A DNA stretch of 64,000 nucleotides, taken from positions 1 to 64,000 of the forward strand of contig PDIP01000005.1 of the NCBI GenBank assembly GCA_002811645.1, in the 5' to 3' direction. Shown here in pieces: positions 20,779 through 32,800 of this stretch. The notes below the pieces were generated by a model that had not been told where the DNA came from, did no database searches, and worked only from the letters and a program-made list of their open reading frames with translations. The stretch is from Corallochytrium limacisporum Hawaii (Eukaryota > Protista > Pluriformea). How positions within the stretch are numbered: the first letter of the stretch is position 1; every line of letters starts with the position of its first letter. Position numbers and translations under genes: made by a program.

Positions 20779-22341
20779 CTAGTCGCGACGAATCAGTGCT
20801 TCCATACTGCCACGGGGACTGTCTTCTGCAATCAAAGACTGCAGGCTGCCACGAGGAGCGTGCATATCCTGCATGCGTACAGAGTCGACGACTGTGCGAG
20901 GTGATGAGACAGTCTGCATGGGTGTGATGGTGCCGGTCTCGGTGTCCAAGCTGTGATGGTCTTCTGGCACGACCTTTTCTCCTTTACCTTCTGTTTTCGC
21001 CGCATCACCGTTCTCCAGGTCCGGCGTGCCAAAACTGAGAATCGGATTGCCAGTGCCGTCGCCGGGCATCTGAATGATGACCGCATCAGTAGTCTCAGTG
21101 CGCAAATTCTCGCACTCGAATTCCTGGACATCGTACTTTGTGAATCGCCGGAGCCGGAAAGTCACTACCAGCAAGCAGAGGATCACAAAGTTATAGATAA
21201 TGCCAACTGTAGTGGTCCAAAACGGAACGTACTTAATCACAGATGTGAAGAACAGGAATGCGAACTGAAAAACGACGTAAGCAACGGCAATGTTCTTCAA
21301 CCGGAGAAGCACAACCTTTTTTCGGTCAATTTGTTTGTGAATGCGATCCTTGACCTCATCGGCCATGCCCACGCCCCGTGCGTACTGACGTACATTGATC
21401 TTGGTCGTATCCAGGATCGCCAATTGATTCGTGATGCCTCGAGTAATGACAAAGAGAGCAAAGATGGATGCGGTCGCCAAGAAGAGACCCTGATAGGGTT
21501 GGAGGGAAGCCATGACATGGAAACCGGCCAGCAGAATCCCGAGACTCCATATCCATATCTGGTGTTGACGAGAGACGACGGGGTGCACAATACACCAGCC
21601 TTCTCCAATGAACATGAACATGATGGCAGTCATGGAAAAGACAAGGGACCGGGTGACAAGCATGGCTGCCCACAAGGCCATTTCCTCTTGACCGTTCTCT
21701 CCTCTCTGCATCCAGTAGAACCAAGTAATGACTAAGGAAACTTCACCCAGGATGAAGATAAACATCCACCGCCGATGTAGCTTGTTCGAGAACTGCCGGA
21801 AGTATATTCCGTTGGCAACATAGTACACCACCGGGACCAGGTACAAAAACATTGCGAAAAAGTACAGGACCGGAAGTCCTTTTTCATCCGAGCTGAGGTA
21901 TGTGTTCACATTGTAGTTTGAAACCCGCCAGGAACACTTGTCGACAATTTCCTCTTCGCAGGACACAAAGTACATCACCCGCCAATCGGCTTCCGTTCGA
22001 GTCAGGACCGACTTTCCCTGCTCGTCCAACTGATACACCGAGCATGCCGTCGGTGCCTGAATTCCAGTCGCTAGACACCTTACATCATCAGGTTCAAGGG
22101 AGAAATAGTAGTAGCCGTACATGGGCGGTGCTTCACAATCCAAGATGGTAATTGCCTGCTCCCCGCCGTTTGGGCAGTCCATGTCAATTGTAGACGTGCC
22201 ATCTCTCACAAAACCGAAAGCCTTGTCCCAAACCCTCTTCGGCTGCCCGACGCTAAACGCAGAGTTTCCAGTGTGTACATACGCAGACACAGTCTGCAGG
22301 AGTAGAAAGACTAAAGTAGTGCCAAAAATTAATCCCTTCAT
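20779..22341 (-). CDS. GOST-family (GPR107/GPR108/TMEM87-like) seven-transmembrane protein
   Basis: Signal peptide, luminal domain, YLSSDEKGLP before TM1, KLH after TM1, IGEGW motif, about 7 hydrophobic segments, acidic cytosolic tail. Confidence 0.75.
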   Translation of the reverse strand: MKGLIFGTTLVFLLLQTVSAYVHTGNSAFSVGQPKRVWDKAFGFVRDGTSTIDMDCPNGGEQAITILDCEAPPMYGYYYFSLEPDDVRCLATGIQAPTACSVYQLDEQGKSVLTRTEADWRVMYFVSCEEEIVDKCSWRVSNYNVNTYLSSDEKGLPVLYFFAMFLYLVPVVYYVANGIYFRQFSNKLHRRWMFIFILGEVSLVITWFYWMQRGENGQEEMALWAAMLVTRSLVFSMTAIMFMFIGEGWCIVHPVVSRQHQIWIWSLGILLAGFHVMASLQPYQGLFLATASIFALFVITRGITNQLAILDTTKINVRQYARGVGMADEVKDRIHKQIDRKKVVLLRLKNIAVAYVVFQFAFLFFTSVIKYVPFWTTTVGIIYNFVILCLLVVTFRLRRFTKYDVQEFECENLRTETTDAVIIQMPGDGTGNPILSFGTPDLENGDAAKTEGKGEKVVPEDHHSLDTETGTITPMQTVSSPRTVVDSVRMQDMHAPRGSLQSLIAEDSPRGSMEALIRRD

Positions 22342-25076
22342 TGCACTTAAGTTCTCTGAGCTACACCTCCTTTCTCTATGATATGTTGCAGAATGTATTG
22401 GAAGTCAACCCTACAGTCTACCAATGAGTCCCTATCAAAGCAACATGTTGTTGAGTCTCTGCTCGAAATATATAGAACTGAGATTTTGGAGCGATTCGTG
22501 TTACACAGAAAGACGGTGCCCAGTGGAGCACACCATAGTGTGTCTCAGATTTCTTATACCTACCACAGACTCGTGAGGTATAGATCCCATTATCACCCAA
22601 GTCCAACATGCTATCGTGTGACGTGAAACCTTGAAGTATATACGCCTATTCGCACGTGTACAATCACCTCGCAGAGACCAACATCCCGAAGTCTTACTGC
22701 ACAGTGTGTCCAAAGCAACCCGGAAACCCAAACCCGGATACACTTGCAACCGCAGCGACCAAAAGACCTCGCGGATGGGAACCCGGGAACACGTCCGCAA
22801 GGGAGCCCTTGACTCGTTAAGGGAATGGGGACGTCCCCCTCTTTCCCCCTCTCGATCTCCCGCAGTCCGTCTTTGTACTGCTGGTGCCGCCATTTCTTTC
22901 ACCAACACCAACTTCCCCAGATCCACCCTTCCCTTGGGAACGCCAAATTAGAGCAACGGGCATCAGAATCCCAGTCGAATATGTACTAAAGGTCTTCCTG
23001 TCGCAATCCCACTCACCTGTAGCGCAACATTCGCCCCAACATCATCAACTTTTGCGTGCGCCGGTGTTCCGTTGGAGGGAGGGGGGCAACTGCCATCAGC
23101 GAAAATTGAGACCGGTAGAGTACGGTAGTCCCAGTATGGAGACATCTTTTCTCTCGCCATCGAGTTCTGAGCATGTCTTCAGTAGATATTCTTCAAATCA
23201 AATTTCAAAACTTAGCAGGAAATTCCTTCCGCAAGGACCATACTTTATGTATCTGTTCATTCGGTCCCATCTTTACACATTTCAGATCTCCTATCCTGGC
23301 CAAAATCCGTTTATCCCTTCTAAATCTGTCGAACACGTCTTCTCACACGCACATTCCGCAGGGGGCCCGATGCAGCCTATTTTCTATTGATAGCAGCACG
23401 CTTTGCTCCGCATCTCCTCTGTCCTGCTACTCTTCTCAGTTTTCACATTTTTCCTTGGTTTTTTTTCCGGTTTCTTTCGTTTTTTTGTCGCTTTTTTTGG
23501 GCATTCCTCGCAAGCTTGGAAAATGAAAATGGAGACTCACGCACGGGTTTTTTACTTACCACTTTGAAACGACAGGGCACAACGTAGCCATGGGTGTGTG
23601 AGAGAGAGTGAGAGAGGGAGGAAAAGGGAATGGGAGAAGGAGGAAGAAAGGAGAGAGGACGGGAAGAGACACAAACACACGCACACTCACACAGAGACAG
23701 ACACACACAGACACACTGGGATACTCCGTGGGCGGACTCGGCACCTCCGTGAACAGCCACTGTACAATGATGGCGTGCTGCCAATGCACGGCGAGCGGCA
23801 CTAAGACGTCAGTGTCATGTTGTCAAATATCACGACGCCCGGGTACACTGATGCCAATTTTTTTCGTCTGGAAACCTAGGAACAAAACATATGAGGCAAT
23901 GGACAAGTGACGCGAAATCGGTTTCAGTTTCTGCCGGCCGCCGCGCTCGGAAGTCGGCAATCCCGCTGTGGTTTGGTTCAGCTGCTGGTGGATTCGTCTC
24001 GCCACGGGGGGATGTTGCTTCTCGCTCTTACCCTAATTTTTTTTTCCCTCAGTTTCCTTTTTCCCATACCCCTTCCGGTGGCCCCGAAGAGCTGGGTGCT
24101 TTTTCCTCTCCCTCCCTTTTCTTCTCCTTCGGAAGTATAGTTTTTTTTGTCCAAATGGAATTGCTTTCCCCAAGGGGGGGGACTTGAGCGGGTTATTTTT
24201 CTATTTGTTTCGGTGTGTCCCCCATTACTTTTCCCCCACTTTCTCCATTGGGCCGGAGCCCATCCCGGAAAGCGAGGACCAGAGGGATCGGTCGCCAGTC
24301 CCAACCATTTTAAGATACGGTGGAAAAAGAACGGGGGGCAGTAAGACTCGGGGAGGGGGGAGGGCGGGACTCCTTTAGGGCAAGGGCACCGTATAAAATG
24401 GGCACATAAGCGGGTCCGCCCGCCCCGTTACTGGCCGCCGGTTCTAACCCAAACCTTCTTTTGGCTTGCTTGGTCATTTCCTTGTTGTCTTACGGGGTTC
24501 TCAAAAAAAAAAAAAACAAAAAAAAAAATGAAGGACCCAACCCAGAGCAGAGCGCGCGCGAGTTGCGAAAGCCTGGCTCCCGTCCGACCACCGCCCCGGT
24601 TCTCCGCTCCGCGGTACATTTTGTTCGTTGGTGGGGAGGGTGCGGGCCTGTTTTAAGGGGTTTCCGCTGACCGTTGCACATTTATTTTTGGGTGTTCTCC
24701 TCCAGCCCCCCGGGGGAGGGGGGGAATCGTCGGCGAAGCTCTGGCCAAATAAAGGGACTCCCGCTCGCAGCAGCAAACACCACCGACCCTCGGGGTTAGG
24801 GGGACTTCTGCTCTTCACTGCCAGAGAGCGTGGATGCCCCGTGGTCGTGTGGTAATCAACTGGTGGTGCTCCTGATCTGAAGGACAGTGAAGAGCATATG
24901 TGTCCGAGCCAGAGCGTAATGATGATGCGATCTATCTCTTTACTAAGGACTATGGATACATGGTATATATGCAATATGAAGAAGATGTGGGACGGAAATT
25001 TGATGGGCCATGACTAGATAGGCCATACCGACGATGGCCGTGACCGTGTTGACTGATGATGAGGAATGTGTGCTTC

Positions 25077-26015
25077 TCAGGGGAGATTCTTGATCTGCAC
25101 CACAGAGCGTTGGCGTCCCATTTTCCAGGCAATGTTCCGTTCGTCGGTCTTCTTTACCAATGCTTGCCTCAATGGACGAGGTCGGCCCAGATAGAAACTC
25201 TTGAGGTCACCGATGGTCTTCATATCACTGATTGCATTGTTTGGAATGCTGCGCATGAACTCTAAGGACAGAGCATCCATCACCTTGAAACGCATGGCAA
25301 GATCGTCCAGGCTGGTGTTGTCATCAACCGACTCCATGCCGAGTTCCCGAGCAGCGATGGTATGAAATACTTCCCTCGCGTTCTTTAATTGTGGCGGCGA
25401 GTAACTATACTCTGCCTGCTCAAGGCGGTGGTTCTGTTTCTTCACCCGGACCCAACGGGGTTGCACTTCGTATTTGCTGTCCATCTTCCCGAGCGGGAAG
25501 AGTTTTCCAGGTGCCACGTGGTATTGAGCTCCTTGCTTGAAGGGCTCGCCGGAAACGGGAGGTGGATAGACAGGCTGCAATCTTGCAGTACTGCTGGTAA
25601 AATCGATTCCCTTTTCCCATTCCTCAAGAGGAATCTTATGACCCATGTATTGTCTCTTGATTTTGCGTAGCATGGCCTTGTATTGCTTCTTCTCCTCTCG
25701 CTTATCGAAGTGATAGACCAGAGCCTCCGCACCTCTCTGTCGTTCGTCTACTGAAAGCAGGGGGTCAATTTTACTACCAACCACGACGTCTGCATAGGGA
25801 TCTGTGGGTGTGGCGCTGGATGGCTTGGCCTCGCCCTTCACTTCGCCAAACTGTGGTGCGCTGGCATCAGGCTCGGCCTTCTTTAAGCCCGGGATCACAG
25901 ACCGTACCTTATCAACTAACCCCCCAAAGAAGCCACCGCTAGCATAGGCGCGCGTTCCTGCCTGCACATGGGCTGTGCTAAGCAACCGCGCACTCTGGTA
26001 AACTCTCAATGACAT
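25077..26015 (-). CDS. MRPL50: Mitochondrial ribosomal protein mL50-like
   Basis: Presequence-like N-terminus; C-terminal LDDLAMRFKVMDAL...IPNNAISDMKTIGDLKSFY matches the mL50 pattern as recalled. Confidence 0.72.
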   Translation of the reverse strand: MSLRVYQSARLLSTAHVQAGTRAYASGGFFGGLVDKVRSVIPGLKKAEPDASAPQFGEVKGEAKPSSATPTDPYADVVVGSKIDPLLSVDERQRGAEALVYHFDKREEKKQYKAMLRKIKRQYMGHKIPLEEWEKGIDFTSSTARLQPVYPPPVSGEPFKQGAQYHVAPGKLFPLGKMDSKYEVQPRWVRVKKQNHRLEQAEYSYSPPQLKNAREVFHTIAARELGMESVDDNTSLDDLAMRFKVMDALSLEFMRSIPNNAISDMKTIGDLKSFYLGRPRPLRQALVKKTDERNIAWKMGRQRSVVQIKNLP

Positions 26016-27094
26016 GTTTATGATCCGTTCACCATTCTTTAAATTCCCATATTCTCACCTGCTGTACACAAAATTACCGCTACACCGAAGCTTGCGCTTA
26101 AGTATGATGAAAACCACCAATGCATCCTGAAGTACCCACTAAACCCTCGCATTTGGCAGTGAATCAGGTCAGACCAGTGGGAATAGACCTTGATTACGAC
26201 TGTTCGATTGTGTATTGACGTATCCTGCAAGAATCTCCCCTCCTTCCCTTGGGGGGGGGGGGCTGTCATGTGCTCCCTCGCTCCGACCGACCAAGTGGCT
26301 GAGGAGAACTCCGATTTACAATATTTAATCAAATTAATCATACAATCTGCAACGGAAGGCGCGAAAAAGGGGCACAGTGGCTTGCCCGCTTCATACTTTC
26401 ATTATGGAGCGCGTGGAGCAACTGCGATATTTCAGTAGTGTTAGTATGAAACTGTGCAAACCAGGCGCCAAATGTGATCAATATTTTGTTCGGGCACTCA
26501 ACGTTTGACCAGTTTTCCCGGGACTTCGAAAGAATTGGTTCCCGGTTGCGGGGCGGTAGAAAAAAAAAGGTCGAAAAAGAATTGGCCCTATCTTAACTTT
26601 ATGGCTAATACTTTTAAACTGAACATAGATACCTCCACTTTTTTTTTCTCCCAACATTTCCCTCTTTTTTTTACCCACCAGATTCTTTTTATCGGCTGCC
26701 TACCGCAAGCAATGCGGAAAAAACAACAAAAAAAAATTGACTAAGGCGCCAGGAGCGCAGTTCATTCAACATGCGGAGAGTGAGGCCTATTTTTTTTTTC
26801 GACCGAGAAGGCCAGATAGGGGCGCCACATAGTCAAATTACTGGCGTCTTGTGACAGCGCAGGAATCAAGCCAAGCTGCCAGCTCATTGTCGGGATGTGC
26901 ATTATTTGTTGTAACCGCCATGGATCCCGTCTTCGCAACGGGGATACAAACAGTTAGCACAGCCGTCGACCGCACACAAGGGCAATCTCAGCTATTTCGT
27001 GTACTTGAGGTACATGATCATATCGGATGTCCCGAGATCTTAATCGTCGGATCATTCTTGTGACTAGTTTGTTTCATCATTACAGATCGCAACC

Positions 27095-27364
27095 ATGTCG
27101 GAACGTAAGGCTGTGATTAAGTCCGCTGACATGCCTGAGGATGTGCAGCAGGATGCCATTGATTGCGCCACCCAGGCTATGGAGAAGTACAACATCGAGA
27201 AGGATATTGCTGCCTACATCAAGAAGGAATTCGACAAGAAGTACAATCCCACTTGGCACTGTGTTGTTGGCCGCAACTTCGGCTCTTACGTGACCCATGA
27301 GACGAAACACTTCATCTACTTCTACCTGGGTCAGGTTGCCATCTTGCTCTTTAAGTCTGGATAG
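27095..27364 (+). CDS. DYNLL1: Dynein light chain LC8
   Basis: 89 aa, near-canonical LC8 ([59 protein letters not shown]). Confidence 0.99.
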   Translation: MSERKAVIKSADMPEDVQQDAIDCATQAMEKYNIEKDIAAYIKKEFDKKYNPTWHCVVGRNFGSYVTHETKHFIYFYLGQVAILLFKSG

Positions 27365-27924
27365 GCGCTATTGGGACCGAGAATGAGTGATCACGGCCGT
27401 CCTCCACAATCGTTGGTAAATAGTCCTAGTGAATTTGGCAGCATCTTGAGGGACCTCTGAGTTCTCTGGTTGCCTTGCTAGTCTAGGGACAGTACACATT
27501 TAGAGTGTAACTATCGTGATATAATAAACAGTCCATTGTAGATTTGAGCACGCATCTTTATGATTTATTTAGCCCCAATCATTATCCTTGTCCAAGGCGA
27601 CTGCGCACGTAGCTAGGAACGGCTTCGTTGACACCGCCCTAGCCTGGTCCGGCAACTATCTCATACTCTCAAAAAGATGCGCTCAACTTTGTACGCCCTT
27701 TAGTATGCGGCCAATGTCATTGCCATGTGTAATGACACGCACACTGCGGAAAAAGCAACTCGATTTCACATCCTTTCGGAAGTTGTTTTTTTTAGCAATC
27801 TGTACTGTGTTTATATTTGTTGATGGCCGGTGTGACATTCTACTCATGCTGCCAGCAGCTAGACCTCAACCATGCCTATGGATATGTAAAAAGTTTTTGA
27901 AGTGGGTTTGAAGTTCTTGATACC

Positions 27925-28605
27925 TTAAAGTCCAAACATGTTAAACTCATTGCCGTTGGGCATCATGTTTTCAAAGCTACCGCTGGCACTGTTGGGAGTC
28001 AGAATGTTGTCTAACTGACGAGGACCAGCAGCACCGGCAGTACCAAAGAAGTCCAAACCAAGCTGTTCTTCGTTCAGACCAAAGGTTTGCTCCTTTGGCG
28101 CAGGAGGCGTGGTTGTAGCTGTGGGAGGAGTTGCCGTTGCGGTCGAGGAGTGGAGTCCCAGCACATCAGGACGGCGCATCTTGCCATGTGTCATAAGCAG
28201 ACGCTTCATGTAGGCTACTTCTGCCTCCAACATCTTTACACGATTCTGGAGAATCTCACACTCTTCGGTCTTTGCTTGGGCAATCTCTTCCAGAACGTGA
28301 AGCTCCTGCTTCTTCTTAGCCCGGAAGCGGGCACTGGCAAGACAATTACGGCGGCGCTTCTCTTCCTCGTCAACCTTAACGACAGTGCGCTTGCGTTTCC
28401 GATCCGAAGATTTGGGGGCGGCAGGAGAGCCAGGCTTAGAGGATTTGGGACTCGTGGCCTTGGGGCTGCCGGTCTTCTTGACCACGGAGCCCACCTGCTT
28501 GCTTTCAGAATCAGACGGCATCTGAGTGCTTTCGACTGAACCAGGGTCCAAATTCAAAGCAGTGAAATAGTCTTCACTTTCAAGCCCAATCAATGGAAGA
28601 TCCAT
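27925..28605 (-). CDS. bZIP transcription factor (basic region like Zip1/MetR/CYS-3; ATF4-like zipper end)
   Basis: EEKRRRNCLASARFRAKKK basic region followed by a leucine zipper ending EVAYMKRLL. Confidence 0.9.
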   Translation of the reverse strand: MDLPLIGLESEDYFTALNLDPGSVESTQMPSDSESKQVGSVVKKTGSPKATSPKSSKPGSPAAPKSSDRKRKRTVVKVDEEEKRRRNCLASARFRAKKKQELHVLEEIAQAKTEECEILQNRVKMLEAEVAYMKRLLMTHGKMRRPDVLGLHSSTATATPPTATTTPPAPKEQTFGLNEEQLGLDFFGTAGAAGPRQLDNILTPNSASGSFENMMPNGNEFNMFGL

Positions 28606-29775
28606 TTTCTTTCTAAAATGGATATGTGGCCCGACGCGACAAACACTCTACGGGGAAAGGTCGCTGTTTTGTGGAAGTTTGTTCTTAACCATGCATATGA
28701 TGAGGATTGCGAATGTTCTAGTAGGTGAAGAGCACGGTGCACTAATTTGTTGGTAAACAGATATGTACCATCTAATCACTTTAGCCACGAACTTGGACAC
28801 ACTAGATGCACCCAGGAATATCGTAGTCGTCCCCAAAATTTCCAGTCACGGCGCTGCTTCGTTACAGTTGTCGGATGAAGCAAGTGTACCAAAGCCTAGG
28901 GACCCCAATAGATTACGTCCCCACCGAAAAACACGCCTCACTCTTCCTGAGGGGGAACTGACCGAAGCCTGTGTCAGTTTCCACAGTATTGGCAGCAGTG
29001 CGCTAAAAATATAAACTAACAGCAGGAGTCCACCATCAACTTTCGACCGAAACCCCTAAGCTCAGACGAAATCTGCGCTCGCTGTTGAAAACACACGTCC
29101 ACAAACGACATATAGACCCAGCTGGTTTTCTCGGACCAGGACGGCACTCCTTCGGGGTTTGAGTATGCCTACCGAACATGTGCTTTTTTTTTTGGAGTGG
29201 TAGACCGTTTTCGTACGCCGCGGACTTTCTAGGAATCCATTTTTAAAGCGGTTCACTCTCCCTCCCCCTCCCTCCCCCGCCAAGGCACCGTTTGCTCCCT
29301 TGTGCTTTGTTTGTTGCAAGTAGTGCAACTTATTCAGTATTGTATGGTAGAAATGCCTGCTGACTCTTACGCTTACGGTCGACCTACGGAACATCTCGAC
29401 CGGTCTTCTCTGTTCCTTCTTCGTCAACATTGGGATAGGTGATTCCACAACCACGTTGGACATTTTCATACTCATAGTTAGAGATGTGAACTTCCCTTTG
29501 CCCTTCTTGGTCAGATTATCTTCTGCTTTCCGCTGACACTGGCGAAAAAAACAGAACACTTGTTTGCGAGACGTGGACACTCACGACTGAGAAATCACTT
29601 CGCACAAGTTTGTTGGGGCCCTCCCCGCCTCTCCTTCTCTTTCCCCATTGCTGGGCACTTCGGAATGTTCCATGTATCAGTTTGTTCTATGTCATGCCTA
29701 TGCCATCCATTAAGAATAGAGCGTTTCAGCTGTCCAGACCCTTTCCCCCTCCCTCTTCCGTTCCCTTTTCCTTGG

Positions 29776-29800
29776 CCCCCCGGGGGGGGGGGGGGGGGGG
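29776..29800. promoter_or_regulatory. C(n)G(n) element in the bZIP upstream region
   Basis: C6G19. Confidence 0.4.
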
Positions 29801-32800
29801 AGGACTCGATTTTCCCTCACCAGCTCCAGAAATTCATGAATAGCAAGTATCCGATCCAACTGCTGTCCTAGTGTAACTATTTTAGTATACGAAACATGTC
29901 ACCATTCATACTCCACTTCTGAATTTCCCTATTCGTCTATAACCCAGGGATCGGACGCACCCTCTTTTTTTCGTCGTCTCGAGCAGTAAGAATTGTCTGA
30001 CCATGAGCATGACACAGGGAAGCATCAATGCTTGGTGTCGCCACGCATTTCTATGGAGGACTAATGGAATTGCGGACTAGTAGAAAATGCGGTCTACGAA
30101 CCAACACCAGAGAGCCATCGCATCGCGCTCCTGACGAGACTCAGGAATTGATTGCCAACACATCATTGGCCATAGGGATTGATCCAGCATTTCGGTATTG
30201 AAACCATAGGACAGAGCGGGGAAGGTTGGATACAAAAATTGGTAGCTGCATGCCAAGCGAGCACACGGAGCGGGTCTTCACCTTGCTTGCGTCCCTGGTC
30301 AGTATCCCGTGCACACCGAACCACTCCACGAAAATTCACGTACATTTGGTATTAACTGTACAGTATTGTGACAGTGGACGACGTTCCATGGGTCACTCCA
30401 CAGGCAGCACGGCAATAACCTTTTCAACACCGCCATTCGGGGCGGCGCGCCAACTCGTACAGATCTCAGTATACATTTCATGCCCTTGGTATATACCTTG
30501 ATGACTCTCGCCGTACGGCGGTGGACACAACACGTGAAAAAGCGGATTGGTCAGCATTCTAACCGCGCTACGACACGCCACACACACACACACACACACC
30601 AACTGATAGACGTCACTGCGTAGTGGTATTGAATACATAAGCAAGAATGCACAGTTCGAACGCAAAGGGATTCCTTACCACAAATAAAAGACAATTGGCA
30701 AGTGTTTCCGGAGGGGTCCAAACAGCGAGGAGGAGTAAGAGTGTGCCCTTTAGCCAACGGTTGGCAATTTCTTCTTTGTCCGGGCAAGGTAGCAGTTCTC
30801 TGCCTTTGTGTATGGGTTAAGCTTTTGAGAATATACTGATGCAGAATATATAGTGAATACATAGGAACTACTCGTACCTGATCCGCAATCTTCCTGAAAT
30901 CCAGGATAACAGGCGGCAAAAAAGCCAACTGCCCCTGCGCCCCCGCAAATCTACTACTCAGTGTGCCCATTTTTCGCGCCCAGATTCGCACATCATAGAA
31001 AATGTGTTACAGTTGGAACTCCAGGCAACCCCTCCAACCGTCCAACTACCTACCAGTGCGACAGGCTTCTTTCGCTCTCTATGGCGTTATCACTGAGGTC
31101 CCGAGCCATTGGTTTTCAATAGATTTGAGAGTTCATGAATCCGTGGACCCCCTGAACTGTTGAGAAACTTCCTTCACCAGAAAACCGGATCTTCCGGATT
31201 CGCTCTTCCCCAGTGTGTAATGCCAATTTTGCGGCGTGAACCAAGCAGGGTCACTCCAATTACCGGCGGGGCCCGGACAGTGGTGGTCAACTTCCGTATG
31301 TTTTCTATAGATATTCTCTTCTAACCCCTCCCCGGGGCGGCTAGCACAATGTCCCAGTTTGGGCCCTCCATATCATTGCGGTCAACAGCACACGGATCCT
31401 CCTTTCCTCCCAGTGTGTGTTGTATGAAGGGAAACATGATCTCGCCTCCGCCCTTCGCTCGATGTGTGAGCAGTCAAGGAACGGTCTGCGGGATGCTAAG
31501 ACGGTCATGAAAATTTTGGGCGAGTCCTCCATGCTCCCCATTGTGGTTATGTTTCCGTTTAGCCACTCTTGTGCTCTGTTGCCGCCGCAGAATCAGCTGA
31601 TTTGCTTTTTTGCCTTGGTGGGCCTTTCAGTCCAGTCTTCTCCCCCCCCCAACCCTACGATCTCTTCGAAGCAACGGAAAAGTCCATTCATTGCTTATAA
31701 AGCAGAGGGTTTAGATGGTACTTTGTCTGTACCACCGGTACATTGAGAAGGCGCATTCGCGAGGCGGATTGCTTGGGTGACGCTCCGGGCCAACTTTTCC
31801 TATCTCTGAGGGACACGGGCTCTTAAGATTCTATTCCTGGTTTTCCGCTGCACTGACACTTCCCCAGCCAACGCCCACCCCCAGCCCCCTATGTTCCATT
31901 CGGTGTGATTTTCTGGGTACGGAGATTTTCTATGGGTGGATCGACGGGAGATGATGCATGCTAAAGGGGTGTGGCTGGGGGAGGCCTGGATCATGAGTGC
32001 GTTCGGTGAGTCAGTCAATTGTTTGTTCTGTCAGGAATCTGTCTGTCTTTTTGTCCCCGTTCTAAAAACAAGGGGATTTACCAACCATAGAGTTGTCTTC
32101 GTCCAGGATCTACGAGTATTTGGTCCTTGTTGGTCGGAGGATAGGTCAAGGACTATCTGTCTAATTTTAGGAACTACTATAGTACGGATGGAACACTGTG
32201 GGGAGCGTAAAACACACTTACATGTAATGGGTCTTCAACTTTGGGTCTTGAGTGAAGCACAGCATGTTAGGTGCCCCATCTGTACTAATTTATCATGGTG
32301 TTCATGCTAACCTTGCAATCGGCAAGGAGGGCTCACTGGAACGAGAACGGGACTTAGGTCATGCAGGGGGGTGCGAGGATTTGATTGGGTTTTCAAGCCG
32401 AGGGCGAGTTACGCTACGGTAGTAGTATCCAAACAGTCTGCTTCGTAGCATTGCTTCACCTGCAAGCTTCTTATGGGAAGAGATCCGTCGATCTCTCCCA
32501 ACACCGTCGCCTATCGCCTGACTGCTCATGTATCGGTGTCAGTGGTCATCAGACTGGCTTACAAGTTGCTCATCATCAGAAGCAACATGTTGACAATCAT
32601 CAGCAGTGCTGTGCTGCGAGTGCGTGGGTTGGGCATGCTCGTTGTGGGTCTGATAGTGAACGAGGCACAGGGGCCCGCCCAGCTGCCTAGTCCGTGAATT
32701 GATCCACGAAGGTCAGAGTAGCCGTTGGGGACGATTTTCGATAGACGGGTTCAGCAAAAGACCCACTAGACTATAGCCAAATATGTATCTTTTTCTGCAG

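Noticed and set aside
31417-31432. GTGTTGTATGAA, matching the 5' end of U6atac
   Set aside because: Similarity stops after about 12 nt and the AAGGTTAGC core is absent.
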